This document shows, in pieces, positions 1-14,131 of a stretch of DNA of 47,326 bases. How positions within the stretch are numbered: the first letter of the stretch is position 1; each line of letters begins with the position of its first letter. Made by a program: the position numbers and the translations under genes. The notes beneath the pieces were generated by a model, which saw nothing but the letters and a program-made list of their open reading frames with translations, searched no databases and had not been told where the DNA came from. This stretch comes from Escherichia phage Lambda imm434, in sequence record OM418626.1. The stretch is one strand, 5' to 3'.

Positions 1-189
1 GGGCGGCGACCTCGCGGGTTTTCGCTATTTATGAAAATTTTCCGGTTTAAGGCGTTTCCGTTCTTCTTCGTCATAACTTAATGTTTTTATTTAAAATACC
101 CTCTGAAAAGAAAGGAAACGACAGGTGCTGAAAGCGAGCTTTTTGGCCTCTGTCGTTTCCTTTCTCTGTTTTTGTCCGTGGAATGAACA
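1..189 (+). promoter_or_regulatory. cos: Left genome terminus: 12-nt cohesive end (gggcggcgacct) and cosB terminase-binding region upstream of nu1
   Basis: Window begins with the lambda left cohesive-end sequence; nu1 starts at 190. Terminus and cosB assignment is from established knowledge of lambda. Confidence 0.8.
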
Positions 190-709
190 ATGGAAGTCAA
201 CAAAAAGCAGCTGGCTGACATTTTCGGTGCGAGTATCCGTACCATTCAGAACTGGCAGGAACAGGGAATGCCCGTTCTGCGAGGCGGTGGCAAGGGTAAT
301 GAGGTGCTTTATGACTCTGCCGCCGTCATAAAATGGTATGCCGAAAGGGATGCTGAAATTGAGAACGAAAAGCTGCGCCGGGAGGTTGAAGAACTGCGGC
401 AGGCCAGCGAGGCAGATCTCCAGCCAGGAACTATTGAGTACGAACGCCATCGACTTACGCGTGCGCAGGCCGACGCACAGGAACTGAAGAATGCCAGAGA
501 CTCCGCTGAAGTGGTGGAAACCGCATTCTGTACTTTCGTGCTGTCGCGGATCGCAGGTGAAATTGCCAGTATTCTCGACGGGCTCCCCCTGTCGGTGCAG
601 CGGCGTTTTCCGGAACTGGAAAACCGACATGTTGATTTCCTGAAACGGGATATCATCAAAGCCATGAACAAAGCAGCCGCGCTGGATGAACTGATACCGG
701 GGTTGCTGA

Positions 710-735
<26 letters not shown>
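190..735 (+). CDS. nu1: Terminase small subunit
   Basis: ORF track 190..735 (181 aa, MEVNKKQLADIFGASIRTIQNWQEQG..., helix-turn-helix N-terminus); first gene after cos; recognised as lambda Nu1. Confidence 0.9.
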
Positions 736-4416
<3,681 letters not shown>

Positions 4417-4436
<20 letters not shown>

Positions 4437-5736
4437 TCTCCCGCATATTGCCAGCATGGCCTTTAATGAGCCGCTGATGCTTGAACCCGCCTATGCGCGG
4501 GTTTTCTTTTGTGCGCTTGCAGGCCAGCTTGGGATCAGCAGCCTGACGGATGCGGTGTCCGGCGACAGCCTGACTGCCCAGGAGGCACTCGCGACGCTGG
4601 CATTATCCGGTGATGATGACGGACCACGACAGGCCCGCAGTTATCAGGTCATGAACGGCATCGCCGTGCTGCCGGTGTCCGGCACGCTGGTCAGCCGGAC
4701 GCGGGCGCTGCAGCCGTACTCGGGGATGACCGGTTACAACGGCATTATCGCCCGTCTGCAACAGGCTGCCAGCGATCCGATGGTGGACGGCATTCTGCTC
4801 GATATGGACACGCCCGGCGGGATGGTGGCGGGGGCATTTGACTGCGCTGACATCATCGCCCGTGTGCGTGACATAAAACCGGTATGGGCGCTTGCCAACG
4901 ACATGAACTGCAGTGCAGGTCAGTTGCTTGCCAGTGCCGCCTCCCGGCGTCTGGTCACGCAGACCGCCCGGACAGGCTCCATCGGCGTCATGATGGCTCA
5001 CAGTAATTACGGTGCTGCGCTGGAGAAACAGGGTGTGGAAATCACGCTGATTTACAGCGGCAGCCATAAGGTGGATGGCAACCCCTACAGCCATCTTCCG
5101 GATGACGTCCGGGAGACACTGCAGTCCCGGATGGACGCAACCCGCCAGATGTTTGCGCAGAAGGTGTCGGCATATACCGGCCTGTCCGTGCAGGTTGTGC
5201 TGGATACCGAGGCTGCAGTGTACAGCGGTCAGGAGGCCATTGATGCCGGACTGGCTGATGAACTTGTTAACAGCACCGATGCGATCACCGTCATGCGTGA
5301 TGCACTGGATGCACGTAAATCCCGTCTCTCAGGAGGGCGAATGACCAAAGAGACTCAATCAACAACTGTTTCAGCCACTGCTTCGCAGGCTGACGTTACT
5401 GACGTGGTGCCAGCGACGGAGGGCGAGAACGCCAGCGCGGCGCAGCCGGACGTGAACGCGCAGATCACCGCAGCGGTTGCGGCAGAAAACAGCCGCATTA
5501 TGGGGATCCTCAACTGTGAGGAGGCTCACGGACGCGAAGAACAGGCACGCGTGCTGGCAGAAACCCCCGGTATGACCGTGAAAACGGCCCGCCGCATTCT
5601 GGCCGCAGCACCACAGAGTGCACAGGCGCGCAGTGACACTGCGCTGGATCGTCTGATGCAGGGGGCACCGGCACCGCTGGCTGCAGGTAACCCGGCATCT
5701 GATGCCGTTAACGATTTGCTGAACACACCAGTGTAA
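4417..5736 (+). CDS. C: Prohead protease / minor capsid protein C (ClpP/SppA-like), probable GTG start
   Basis: Long ORF ending 5736; in-frame GTG at 4417 just before B stop gives VTAELRNLPHIASMAF...; lambda gene order. Confidence 0.8.
5131..5736 (+). CDS. nu3: Capsid scaffolding protein Nu3, nested in-frame in the 3' part of C
   Basis: In-frame ATG at 5131 (MDATRQMFAQKV...) sharing the C reading frame and stop; known lambda C/nu3 nesting. Confidence 0.75.
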   Translation: MDATRQMFAQKVSAYTGLSVQVVLDTEAAVYSGQEAIDAGLADELVNSTDAITVMRDALDARKSRLSGGRMTKETQSTTVSATASQADVTDVVPATEGENASAAQPDVNAQITAAVAAENSRIMGILNCEEAHGREEQARVLAETPGMTVKTARRILAAAPQSAQARSDTALDRLMQGAPAPLAAGNPASDAVNDLLNTPV

Positions 5737-5745
5737 GGGATGTTT

Positions 5746-6078
5746 ATGACGAGCAAAGAAACCTTTACCCATTACCAGCCGCAGGGCAACAGTGACCCGG
5801 CTCATACCGCAACCGCGCCCGGCGGATTGAGTGCGAAAGCGCCTGCAATGACCCCGCTGATGCTGGACACCTCCAGCCGTAAGCTGGTTGCGTGGGATGG
5901 CACCACCGACGGTGCTGCCGTTGGCATTCTTGCGGTTGCTGCTGACCAGACCAGCACCACGCTGACGTTCTACAAGTCCGGCACGTTCCGTTATGAGGAT
6001 GTGCTCTGGCCGGAGGCTGCCAGCGACGAGACGAAAAAACGGACCGCGTTTGCCGGAACGGCAATCAGCATCGTTTAA
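5746..6078 (+). CDS. D: Head decoration protein D
   Basis: ATG at 5746 ([20 protein letters not shown]...) within ORF 5740..6078. Confidence 0.9.
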
Positions 6079-6133
6079 CTTTACCCTTCATCACTAAAGG
6101 CCGCCTGTGCGGCTTTTTTTACGGGATTTTTTT

Positions 6134-7159
6134 ATGTCGATGTACACAACCGCCCAACTGCTGGCGGCAAATGAGCAGAAATTTAAGTTTGATCCGCTGT
6201 TTCTGCGTCTCTTTTTCCGTGAGAGCTATCCCTTCACCACGGAGAAAGTCTATCTCTCACAAATTCCGGGACTGGTAAACATGGCGCTGTACGTTTCGCC
6301 GATTGTTTCCGGTGAGGTTATCCGTTCCCGTGGCGGCTCCACCTCTGAATTTACGCCGGGATATGTCAAGCCGAAGCATGAAGTGAATCCGCAGATGACC
6401 CTGCGTCGCCTGCCGGATGAAGATCCGCAGAATCTGGCGGACCCGGCTTACCGCCGCCGTCGCATCATCATGCAGAACATGCGTGACGAAGAGCTGGCCA
6501 TTGCTCAGGTCGAAGAGATGCAGGCAGTTTCTGCCGTGCTTAAGGGCAAATACACCATGACCGGTGAAGCCTTCGATCCGGTTGAGGTGGATATGGGCCG
6601 CAGTGAGGAGAATAACATCACGCAGTCCGGCGGCACGGAGTGGAGCAAGCGTGACAAGTCCACGTATGACCCGACCGACGATATCGAAGCCTACGCGCTG
6701 AACGCCAGCGGTGTGGTGAATATCATCGTGTTCGATCCGAAAGGCTGGGCGCTGTTCCGTTCCTTCAAAGCCGTCAAGGAGAAGCTGGATACCCGTCGTG
6801 GCTCTAATTCCGAGCTGGAGACAGCGGTGAAAGACCTGGGCAAAGCGGTGTCCTATAAGGGGATGTATGGCGATGTGGCCATCGTCGTGTATTCCGGACA
6901 GTACGTGGAAAACGGCGTCAAAAAGAACTTCCTGCCGGACAACACGATGGTGCTGGGGAACACTCAGGCACGCGGTCTGCGCACCTATGGCTGCATTCAG
7001 GATGCGGACGCACAGCGCGAAGGCATTAACGCCTCTGCCCGTTACCCGAAAAACTGGGTGACCACCGGCGATCCGGCGCGTGAGTTCACCATGATTCAGT
7101 CAGCACCGCTGATGCTGCTGGCTGACCCTGATGAGTTCGTGTCCGTACAACTGGCGTAA
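6134..7159 (+). CDS. E: Major capsid protein E
   Basis: ATG at 6134 (MSMYTTAQLLAANEQKF...) within ORF 6107..7159; lambda gpE. Confidence 0.92.
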   Translation: MSMYTTAQLLAANEQKFKFDPLFLRLFFRESYPFTTEKVYLSQIPGLVNMALYVSPIVSGEVIRSRGGSTSEFTPGYVKPKHEVNPQMTLRRLPDEDPQNLADPAYRRRRIIMQNMRDEELAIAQVEEMQAVSAVLKGKYTMTGEAFDPVEVDMGRSEENNITQSGGTEWSKRDKSTYDPTDDIEAYALNASGVVNIIVFDPKGWALFRSFKAVKEKLDTRRGSNSELETAVKDLGKAVSYKGMYGDVAIVVYSGQYVENGVKKNFLPDNTMVLGNTQARGLRTYGCIQDADAQREGINASARYPKNWVTTGDPAREFTMIQSAPLMLLADPDEFVSVQLA

Positions 7160-7200
7160 TCATGGCCCTTCGGGGCCATTGTTTCTCTGTGGAGGAGTCC

Positions 7201-7599
7201 ATGACGAAAGATGAACTGATTGCCCGTCTCCGCTCGCTGGGTGAACAACTGAACCGTGATGTCAGCCTGACGGGGACGAAAGAAGAACTGGCGCTCCGTG
7301 TGGCAGAGCTGAAAGAGGAGCTTGATGACACGGATGAAACTGCCGGTCAGGACACCCCTCTCAGCCGGGAAAATGTGCTGACCGGACATGAAAATGAGGT
7401 GGGATCAGCGCAGCCGGATACCGTGATTCTGGATACGTCTGAACTGGTCACGGTCGTGGCACTGGTGAAGCTGCATACTGATGCACTTCACGCCACGCGG
7501 GATGAACCTGTGGCATTTGTGCTGCCGGGAACGGCGTTTCGTGTCTCTGCCGGTGTGGCAGCCGAAATGACAGAGCGCGGCCTGGCCAGAATGCAATAA
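7201..7599 (+). CDS. FI: DNA packaging protein FI
   Basis: ATG at 7201 (MTKDELIARLRSLGEQL...) within ORF 7162..7599. Confidence 0.85.
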   Translation: MTKDELIARLRSLGEQLNRDVSLTGTKEELALRVAELKEELDDTDETAGQDTPLSRENVLTGHENEVGSAQPDTVILDTSELVTVVALVKLHTDALHATRDEPVAFVLPGTAFRVSAGVAAEMTERGLARMQ

Positions 7600-7610
7600 C
7601 GGGAGGCGCT

Positions 7611-7964
7611 GTGGCTGATTTCGATAACCTGTTCGATGCTGCCATTGCCCGCGCCGATGAAACGATACGCGGGTACATGGGAACGTCAGCCACCATTACA
7701 TCCGGTGAGCAGTCAGGTGCGGTGATACGTGGTGTTTTTGATGACCCTGAAAATATCAGCTATGCCGGACAGGGCGTGCGCGTTGAAGGCTCCAGCCCGT
7801 CCCTGTTTGTCCGGACTGATGAGGTGCGGCAGCTGCGGCGTGGAGACACGCTGACCATCGGTGAGGAAAATTTCTGGGTAGATCGGGTTTCGCCGGATGA
7901 TGGCGGAAGTTGTCATCTCTGGCTTGGACGGGGCGTACCGCCTGCCGTTAACCGTCGCCGCTGA
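7611..7964 (+). CDS. FII: Head-tail connector protein FII
   Basis: ORF 7611..7964 (117 aa); lambda gene order. Confidence 0.85.
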   Translation: MADFDNLFDAAIARADETIRGYMGTSATITSGEQSGAVIRGVFDDPENISYAGQGVRVEGSSPSLFVRTDEVRQLRRGDTLTIGEENFWVDRVSPDDGGSCHLWLGRGVPPAVNRRR

Positions 7965-7975
7965 AAGGGGGATGT

Positions 7976-8554
7976 ATGGCCATAAAAGGTCTTGAGCAGG
8001 CCGTTGAAAACCTCAGCCGTATCAGCAAAACGGCGGTGCCTGGTGCCGCCGCAATGGCCATTAACCGCGTTGCTTCATCCGCGATATCGCAGTCGGCGTC
8101 ACAGGTTGCCCGTGAGACAAAGGTACGCCGGAAACTGGTAAAGGAAAGGGCCAGGCTGAAAAGGGCCACGGTCAAAAATCCGCAGGCCAGAATCAAAGTT
8201 AACCGGGGGGATTTGCCCGTAATCAAGCTGGGTAATGCGCGGGTTGTCCTTTCGCGCCGCAGGCGTCGTAAAAAGGGGCAGCGTTCATCCCTGAAAGGTG
8301 GCGGCAGCGTGCTTGTGGTGGGTAACCGTCGTATTCCCGGCGCGTTTATTCAGCAACTGAAAAATGGCCGGTGGCATGTCATGCAGCGTGTGGCTGGGAA
8401 AAACCGTTACCCCATTGATGTGGTGAAAATCCCGATGGCGGTGCCGCTGACCACGGCGTTTAAACAAAATATTGAGCGGATACGGCGTGAACGTCTTCCG
8501 AAAGAGCTGGGCTATGCGCTGCAGCATCAACTGAGGATGGTAATAAAGCGATGA
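7976..8554 (+). CDS. Z: Tail completion protein Z
   Basis: ORF 7976..8554 (192 aa). Confidence 0.85.
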   Translation: MAIKGLEQAVENLSRISKTAVPGAAAMAINRVASSAISQSASQVARETKVRRKLVKERARLKRATVKNPQARIKVNRGDLPVIKLGNARVVLSRRRRRKKGQRSSLKGGGSVLVVGNRRIPGAFIQQLKNGRWHVMQRVAGKNRYPIDVVKIPMAVPLTTAFKQNIERIRRERLPKELGYALQHQLRMVIKR

Positions 8555-8946
8555 AACATACTGAACTCCGTGCAGCCGTACTGGATGCACTGGAGAAGCA
8601 TGACACCGGGGCGACGTTTTTTGATGGTCGCCCCGCTGTTTTTGATGAGGCGGATTTTCCGGCAGTTGCCGTTTATCTCACCGGCGCTGAATACACGGGC
8701 GAAGAGCTGGACAGCGATACCTGGCAGGCGGAGCTGCATATCGAAGTTTTCCTGCCTGCTCAGGTGCCGGATTCAGAGCTGGATGCGTGGATGGAGTCCC
8801 GGATTTATCCGGTGATGAGCGATATCCCGGCACTGTCAGATTTGATCACCAGTATGGTGGCCAGCGGCTATGACTACCGGCGCGACGATGATGCGGGCTT
8901 GTGGAGTTCAGCCGATCTGACTTATGTCATTACCTATGAAATGTGA
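8551..8946 (+). CDS. U: Tail terminator protein U
   Basis: ORF 8551..8946 (131 aa), start overlaps Z stop. Confidence 0.85.
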
Positions 8947-8953
8947 GGACGCT

Positions 8954-9694
8954 ATGCCTGTACCAAATCCTACAATGCCGGTGAAAGGTGCCGGGACCAC
9001 CCTGTGGGTTTATAAGGGGAGCGGTGACCCTTACGCGAATCCGCTTTCAGACGTTGACTGGTCGCGTCTGGCAAAAGTTAAAGACCTGACGCCCGGCGAA
9101 CTGACCGCTGAGTCCTATGACGACAGCTATCTCGATGATGAAGATGCAGACTGGACTGCGACCGGGCAGGGGCAGAAATCTGCCGGAGATACCAGCTTCA
9201 CGCTGGCGTGGATGCCCGGAGAGCAGGGGCAGCAGGCGCTGCTGGCGTGGTTTAATGAAGGCGATACCCGTGCCTATAAAATCCGCTTCCCGAACGGCAC
9301 GGTCGATGTGTTCCGTGGCTGGGTCAGCAGTATCGGTAAGGCGGTGACGGCGAAGGAAGTGATCACCCGCACGGTGAAAGTCACCAATGTGGGACGTCCG
9401 TCGATGGCAGAAGATCGCAGCACGGTAACAGCGGCAACCGGCATGACCGTGACGCCTGCCAGCACCTCGGTGGTGAAAGGGCAGAGCACCACGCTGACCG
9501 TGGCCTTCCAGCCGGAGGGCGTAACCGACAAGAGCTTTCGTGCGGTGTCTGCGGATAAAACAAAAGCCACCGTGTCGGTCAGTGGTATGACCATCACCGT
9601 GAACGGCGTTGCTGCAGGCAAGGTCAACATTCCGGTTGTATCCGGTAATGGTGAGTTTGCTGCGGTTGCAGAAATTACCGTCACCGCCAGTTAA
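8954..9694 (+). CDS. V: Major tail tube protein V (C-terminal Ig-like domain)
   Basis: ATG at 8954 ([14 protein letters not shown]...) within ORF 8924..9694. Confidence 0.9.
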
Positions 9695-9709
9695 TCCGGA
9701 GAGTCAGCG

Positions 9710-10132
9710 ATGTTCCTGAAAACCGAATCATTTGAACATAACGGTGTGACCGTCACGCTTTCTGAACTGTCAGCCCTGCAGCGCATTGAGCATCTCGCCC
9801 TGATGAAACGGCAGGCAGAACAGGCGGAGTCAGACAGCAACCGGAAGTTTACTGTGGAAGACGCCATCAGAACCGGCGCGTTTCTGGTGGCGATGTCCCT
9901 GTGGCATAACCATCCGCAGAAGACGCAGATGCCGTCCATGAATGAAGCCGTTAAACAGATTGAGCAGGAAGTGCTTACCACCTGGCCCACGGAGGCAATT
10001 TCTCATGCTGAAAACGTGGTGTACCGGCTGTCTGGTATGTATGAGTTTGTGGTGAATAATGCCCCTGAACAGACAGAGGACGCCGGGCCCGCAGAGCCTG
10101 TTTCTGCGGGAAAGTGTTCGACGGTGAGCTGA
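9710..10132 (+). CDS. G: Tail assembly chaperone G
   Basis: ORF 9710..10132 (140 aa); contains slippery heptamer near its 3' end. Confidence 0.9.
   Translation: MFLKTESFEHNGVTVTLSELSALQRIEHLALMKRQAEQAESDSNRKFTVEDAIRTGAFLVAMSLWHNHPQKTQMPSMNEAVKQIEQEVLTTWPTEAISHAENVVYRLSGMYEFVVNNAPEQTEDAGPAEPVSAGKCSTVS
10108..10114 (+). promoter_or_regulatory. Programmed -1 ribosomal frameshift slippery site G GGA AAG producing the G-T fusion
   Basis: Heptamer gggaaag at 10108-10114 is phased as G-GGA-AAG in the G frame; T ORF opens in the -1 frame at 10114. Confidence 0.85.
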
Positions 10133-10548
10133 GTTTTGCCCTGAAACTGGCGCGTGAGATGGGGCGACCCGACTGGCGTGCCATGCTTGCCGGGATGTCA
10201 TCCACGGAGTATGCCGACTGGCACCGCTTTTACAGTACCCATTATTTTCATGATGTTCTGCTGGATATGCACTTTTCCGGGCTGACGTACACCGTGCTCA
10301 GCCTGTTTTTCAGCGATCCGGATATGCATCCGCTGGATTTCAGTCTGCTGAACCGGCGCGAGGCTGACGAAGAGCCTGAAGATGATGTGCTGATGCAGAA
10401 AGCGGCAGGGCTTGCCGGAGGTGTCCGCTTTGGCCCGGACGGGAATGAAGTTATCCCCGCTTCCCCGGATGTGGCGGACATGACGGAGGATGACGTAATG
10501 CTGATGACAGTATCAGAAGGGATCGCAGGAGGAGTCCGGTATGGCTGA
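10114..10548 (+). CDS. T: T-frame segment of tail assembly chaperone GT (expressed only as G-T fusion by -1 frameshift)
   Basis: ORF 10114..10548 (144 aa) in the -1 frame relative to G, overlapping the G 3' end; conserved tail chaperone arrangement. Confidence 0.8.
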   Translation: MFDGELSFALKLAREMGRPDWRAMLAGMSSTEYADWHRFYSTHYFHDVLLDMHFSGLTYTVLSLFFSDPDMHPLDFSLLNRREADEEPEDDVLMQKAAGLAGGVRFGPDGNEVIPASPDVADMTEDDVMLMTVSEGIAGGVRYG

Positions 10549-13102
10549 ACCGGTAGGCGATCTGGTCGTTGATTTGAGTCTGGATGCGGCCAGATTTGAC
10601 GAGCAGATGGCCAGAGTCAGGCGTCATTTTTCTGGTACGGAAAGTGATGCGAAAAAAACAGCGGCAGTCGTTGAACAGTCGCTGAGCCGACAGGCGCTGG
10701 CTGCACAGAAAGCGGGGATTTCCGTCGGGCAGTATAAAGCCGCCATGCGTATGCTGCCTGCACAGTTCACCGACGTGGCCACGCAGCTTGCAGGCGGGCA
10801 AAGTCCGTGGCTGATCCTGCTGCAACAGGGGGGGCAGGTGAAGGACTCCTTCGGCGGGATGATCCCCATGTTCAGGGGGCTTGCCGGTGCGATCACCCTG
10901 CCGATGGTGGGGGCCACCTCGCTGGCGGTGGCGACCGGTGCGCTGGCGTATGCCTGGTATCAGGGCAACTCAACCCTGTCCGATTTCAACAAAACGCTGG
11001 TCCTTTCCGGCAATCAGGCGGGACTGACGGCAGATCGTATGCTGGTCCTGTCCAGAGCCGGGCAGGCGGCAGGGCTGACGTTTAACCAGACCAGCGAGTC
11101 ACTCAGCGCACTGGTTAAGGCGGGGGTAAGCGGTGAGGCTCAGATTGCGTCCATCAGCCAGAGTGTGGCGCGTTTCTCCTCTGCATCCGGCGTGGAGGTG
11201 GACAAGGTCGCTGAAGCCTTCGGGAAGCTGACCACAGACCCGACGTCGGGGCTGACGGCGATGGCTCGCCAGTTCCATAACGTGTCGGCGGAGCAGATTG
11301 CGTATGTTGCTCAGTTGCAGCGTTCCGGCGATGAAGCCGGGGCATTGCAGGCGGCGAACGAGGCCGCAACGAAAGGGTTTGATGACCAGACCCGCCGCCT
11401 GAAAGAGAACATGGGCACGCTGGAGACCTGGGCAGACAGGACTGCGCGGGCATTCAAATCCATGTGGGATGCGGTGCTGGATATTGGTCGTCCTGATACC
11501 GCGCAGGAGATGCTGATTAAGGCAGAGGCTGCGTATAAGAAAGCAGACGACATCTGGAATCTGCGCAAGGATGATTATTTTGTTAACGATGAAGCGCGGG
11601 CGCGTTACTGGGATGATCGTGAAAAGGCCCGTCTTGCGCTTGAAGCCGCCCGAAAGAAGGCTGAGCAGCAGACTCAACAGGACAAAAATGCGCAGCAGCA
11701 GAGCGATACCGAAGCGTCACGGCTGAAATATACCGAAGAGGCGCAGAAGGCTTACGAACGGCTGCAGACGCCGCTGGAGAAATATACCGCCCGTCAGGAA
11801 GAACTGAACAAGGCACTGAAAGACGGGAAAATCCTGCAGGCGGATTACAACACGCTGATGGCGGCGGCGAAAAAGGATTATGAAGCGACGCTGAAAAAGC
11901 CGAAACAGTCCAGCGTGAAGGTGTCTGCGGGCGATCGTCAGGAAGACAGTGCTCATGCTGCCCTGCTGACGCTTCAGGCAGAACTCCGGACGCTGGAGAA
12001 GCATGCCGGAGCAAATGAGAAAATCAGCCAGCAGCGCCGGGATTTGTGGAAGGCGGAGAGTCAGTTCGCGGTACTGGAGGAGGCGGCGCAACGTCGCCAG
12101 CTGTCTGCACAGGAGAAATCCCTGCTGGCGCATAAAGATGAGACGCTGGAGTACAAACGCCAGCTGGCTGCACTTGGCGACAAGGTTACGTATCAGGAGC
12201 GCCTGAACGCGCTGGCGCAGCAGGCGGATAAATTCGCACAGCAGCAACGGGCAAAACGGGCCGCCATTGATGCGAAAAGCCGGGGGCTGACTGACCGGCA
12301 GGCAGAACGGGAAGCCACGGAACAGCGCCTGAAGGAACAGTATGGCGATAATCCGCTGGCGCTGAATAACGTCATGTCAGAGCAGAAAAAGACCTGGGCG
12401 GCTGAAGACCAGCTTCGCGGGAACTGGATGGCAGGCCTGAAGTCCGGCTGGAGTGAGTGGGAAGAGAGCGCCACGGACAGTATGTCGCAGGTAAAAAGTG
12501 CAGCCACGCAGACCTTTGATGGTATTGCACAGAATATGGCGGCGATGCTGACCGGCAGTGAGCAGAACTGGCGCAGCTTCACCCGTTCCGTGCTGTCCAT
12601 GATGACAGAAATTCTGCTTAAGCAGGCAATGGTGGGGATTGTCGGGAGTATCGGCAGCGCCATTGGCGGGGCTGTTGGTGGCGGCGCATCCGCGTCAGGC
12701 GGTACAGCCATTCAGGCCGCTGCGGCGAAATTCCATTTTGCAACCGGAGGATTTACGGGAACCGGCGGCAAATATGAGCCAGCGGGGATTGTTCACCGTG
12801 GTGAGTTTGTCTTCACGAAGGAGGCAACCAGCCGGATTGGCGTGGGGAATCTTTACCGGCTGATGCGCGGCTATGCCACCGGCGGTTATGTCGGTACACC
12901 GGGCAGCATGGCAGACAGCCGGTCGCAGGCGTCCGGGACGTTTGAGCAGAATAACCATGTGGTGATTAACAACGACGGCACGAACGGGCAGATAGGTCCG
13001 GCTGCTCTGAAGGCGGTGTATGACATGGCCCGCAAGGGTGCCCGTGATGAAATTCAGACACAGATGCGTGATGGTGGCCTGTTCTCCGGAGGTGGACGAT
13101 GA
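10541..13102 (+). CDS. H: Tail tape measure protein
   Basis: ORF 10541..13102 (853 aa), coiled-coil-rich with Gly-rich C-terminal part. Confidence 0.92.
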   Translation: MAEPVGDLVVDLSLDAARFDEQMARVRRHFSGTESDAKKTAAVVEQSLSRQALAAQKAGISVGQYKAAMRMLPAQFTDVATQLAGGQSPWLILLQQGGQVKDSFGGMIPMFRGLAGAITLPMVGATSLAVATGALAYAWYQGNSTLSDFNKTLVLSGNQAGLTADRMLVLSRAGQAAGLTFNQTSESLSALVKAGVSGEAQIASISQSVARFSSASGVEVDKVAEAFGKLTTDPTSGLTAMARQFHNVSAEQIAYVAQLQRSGDEAGALQAANEAATKGFDDQTRRLKENMGTLETWADRTARAFKSMWDAVLDIGRPDTAQEMLIKAEAAYKKADDIWNLRKDDYFVNDEARARYWDDREKARLALEAARKKAEQQTQQDKNAQQQSDTEASRLKYTEEAQKAYERLQTPLEKYTARQEELNKALKDGKILQADYNTLMAAAKKDYEATLKKPKQSSVKVSAGDRQEDSAHAALLTLQAELRTLEKHAGANEKISQQRRDLWKAESQFAVLEEAAQRRQLSAQEKSLLAHKDETLEYKRQLAALGDKVTYQERLNALAQQADKFAQQQRAKRAAIDAKSRGLTDRQAEREATEQRLKEQYGDNPLALNNVMSEQKKTWAAEDQLRGNWMAGLKSGWSEWEESATDSMSQVKSAATQTFDGIAQNMAAMLTGSEQNWRSFTRSVLSMMTEILLKQAMVGIVGSIGSAIGGAVGGGASASGGTAIQAAAAKFHFATGGFTGTGGKYEPAGIVHRGEFVFTKEATSRIGVGNLYRLMRGYATGGYVGTPGSMADSRSQASGTFEQNNHVVINNDGTNGQIGPAALKAVYDMARKGARDEIQTQMRDGGLFSGGGR

Positions 13103-13428
13103 AGACCTTCCGCTGGAAAGTGAAACCCGGTATGGATGTGGCTTCGGTCCCTTCTGTAAGAAAGGTGCGCTTTGGTGATGGCTATTCTCAGCGAGCGCCT
13201 GCCGGGCTGAATGCCAACCTGAAAACGTACAGCGTGACGCTTTCTGTCCCCCGTGAGGAGGCCACGGTACTGGAGTCGTTTCTGGAAGAGCACGGGGGCT
13301 GGAAATCCTTTCTGTGGACGCCGCCTTATGAGTGGCGGCAGATAAAGGTGACCTGCGCAAAATGGTCGTCGCGGGTCAGTATGCTGCGTGTTGAGTTCAG
13401 CGCAGAGTTTGAACAGGTGGTGAACTGA
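13099..13428 (+). CDS. M: Tail tip protein M
   Basis: ORF 13099..13428 (109 aa). Confidence 0.85.
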   Translation: MKTFRWKVKPGMDVASVPSVRKVRFGDGYSQRAPAGLNANLKTYSVTLSVPREEATVLESFLEEHGGWKSFLWTPPYEWRQIKVTCAKWSSRVSMLRVEFSAEFEQVVN

Positions 13429-14126
13429 TGCAGGATATCCGGCAGGAAACACTGAATGAATGCACCCGTGCGGAGCAGTCGGCCAGCGTGGTGCTCTGGG
13501 AAATCGACCTGACAGAGGTCGGTGGAGAACGTTATTTTTTCTGTAATGAGCAGAACGAAAAAGGTGAGCCGGTCACCTGGCAGGGGCGACAGTATCAGCC
13601 GTATCCCATTCAGGGGAGCGGTTTTGAACTGAATGGCAAAGGCACCAGTACGCGCCCCACGCTGACGGTTTCTAACCTGTACGGTATGGTCACCGGGATG
13701 GCGGAAGATATGCAGAGTCTGGTCGGCGGAACGGTGGTCCGGCGTAAGGTTTACGCCCGTTTTCTGGATGCGGTGAACTTCGTCAACGGAAACAGTTACG
13801 CCGATCCGGAGCAGGAGGTGATCAGCCGCTGGCGCATTGAGCAGTGCAGCGAACTGAGCGCGGTGAGTGCCTCCTTTGTACTGTCCACGCCGACGGAAAC
13901 GGATGGCGCTGTTTTTCCGGGACGTATCATGCTGGCCAACACCTGCACCTGGACCTATCGCGGTGACGAGTGCGGTTATAGCGGTCCGGCTGTCGCGGAT
14001 GAATATGACCAGCCAACGTCCGATATCACGAAGGATAAATGCAGCAAATGCCTGAGCGGTTGTAAGTTCCGCAATAACGTCGGCAACTTTGGCGGCTTCC
14101 TTTCCATTAACAAACTTTCGCAGTAA
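13428..14126 (+). CDS. L: Tail tip protein L
   Basis: ORF 13428..14126 (232 aa); start overlaps M stop by one base (tgatg). Confidence 0.88.
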   Translation: MQDIRQETLNECTRAEQSASVVLWEIDLTEVGGERYFFCNEQNEKGEPVTWQGRQYQPYPIQGSGFELNGKGTSTRPTLTVSNLYGMVTGMAEDMQSLVGGTVVRRKVYARFLDAVNFVNGNSYADPEQEVISRWRIEQCSELSAVSASFVLSTPTETDGAVFPGRIMLANTCTWTYRGDECGYSGPAVADEYDQPTSDITKDKCSKCLSGCKFRNNVGNFGGFLSINKLSQ

Positions 14127-14131
14127 ATCCC

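Noticed and set aside
130-145. Apparent single-base difference from my recollection of the lambda reference in cosB, and a compensating one between L and K
   Set aside because: Left-arm gene coordinates are offset by one base from the reference numbering I remember, and the offset disappears by K. I cannot align without the reference, so this may be a memory error; only its possible consequence for the K start is reported.
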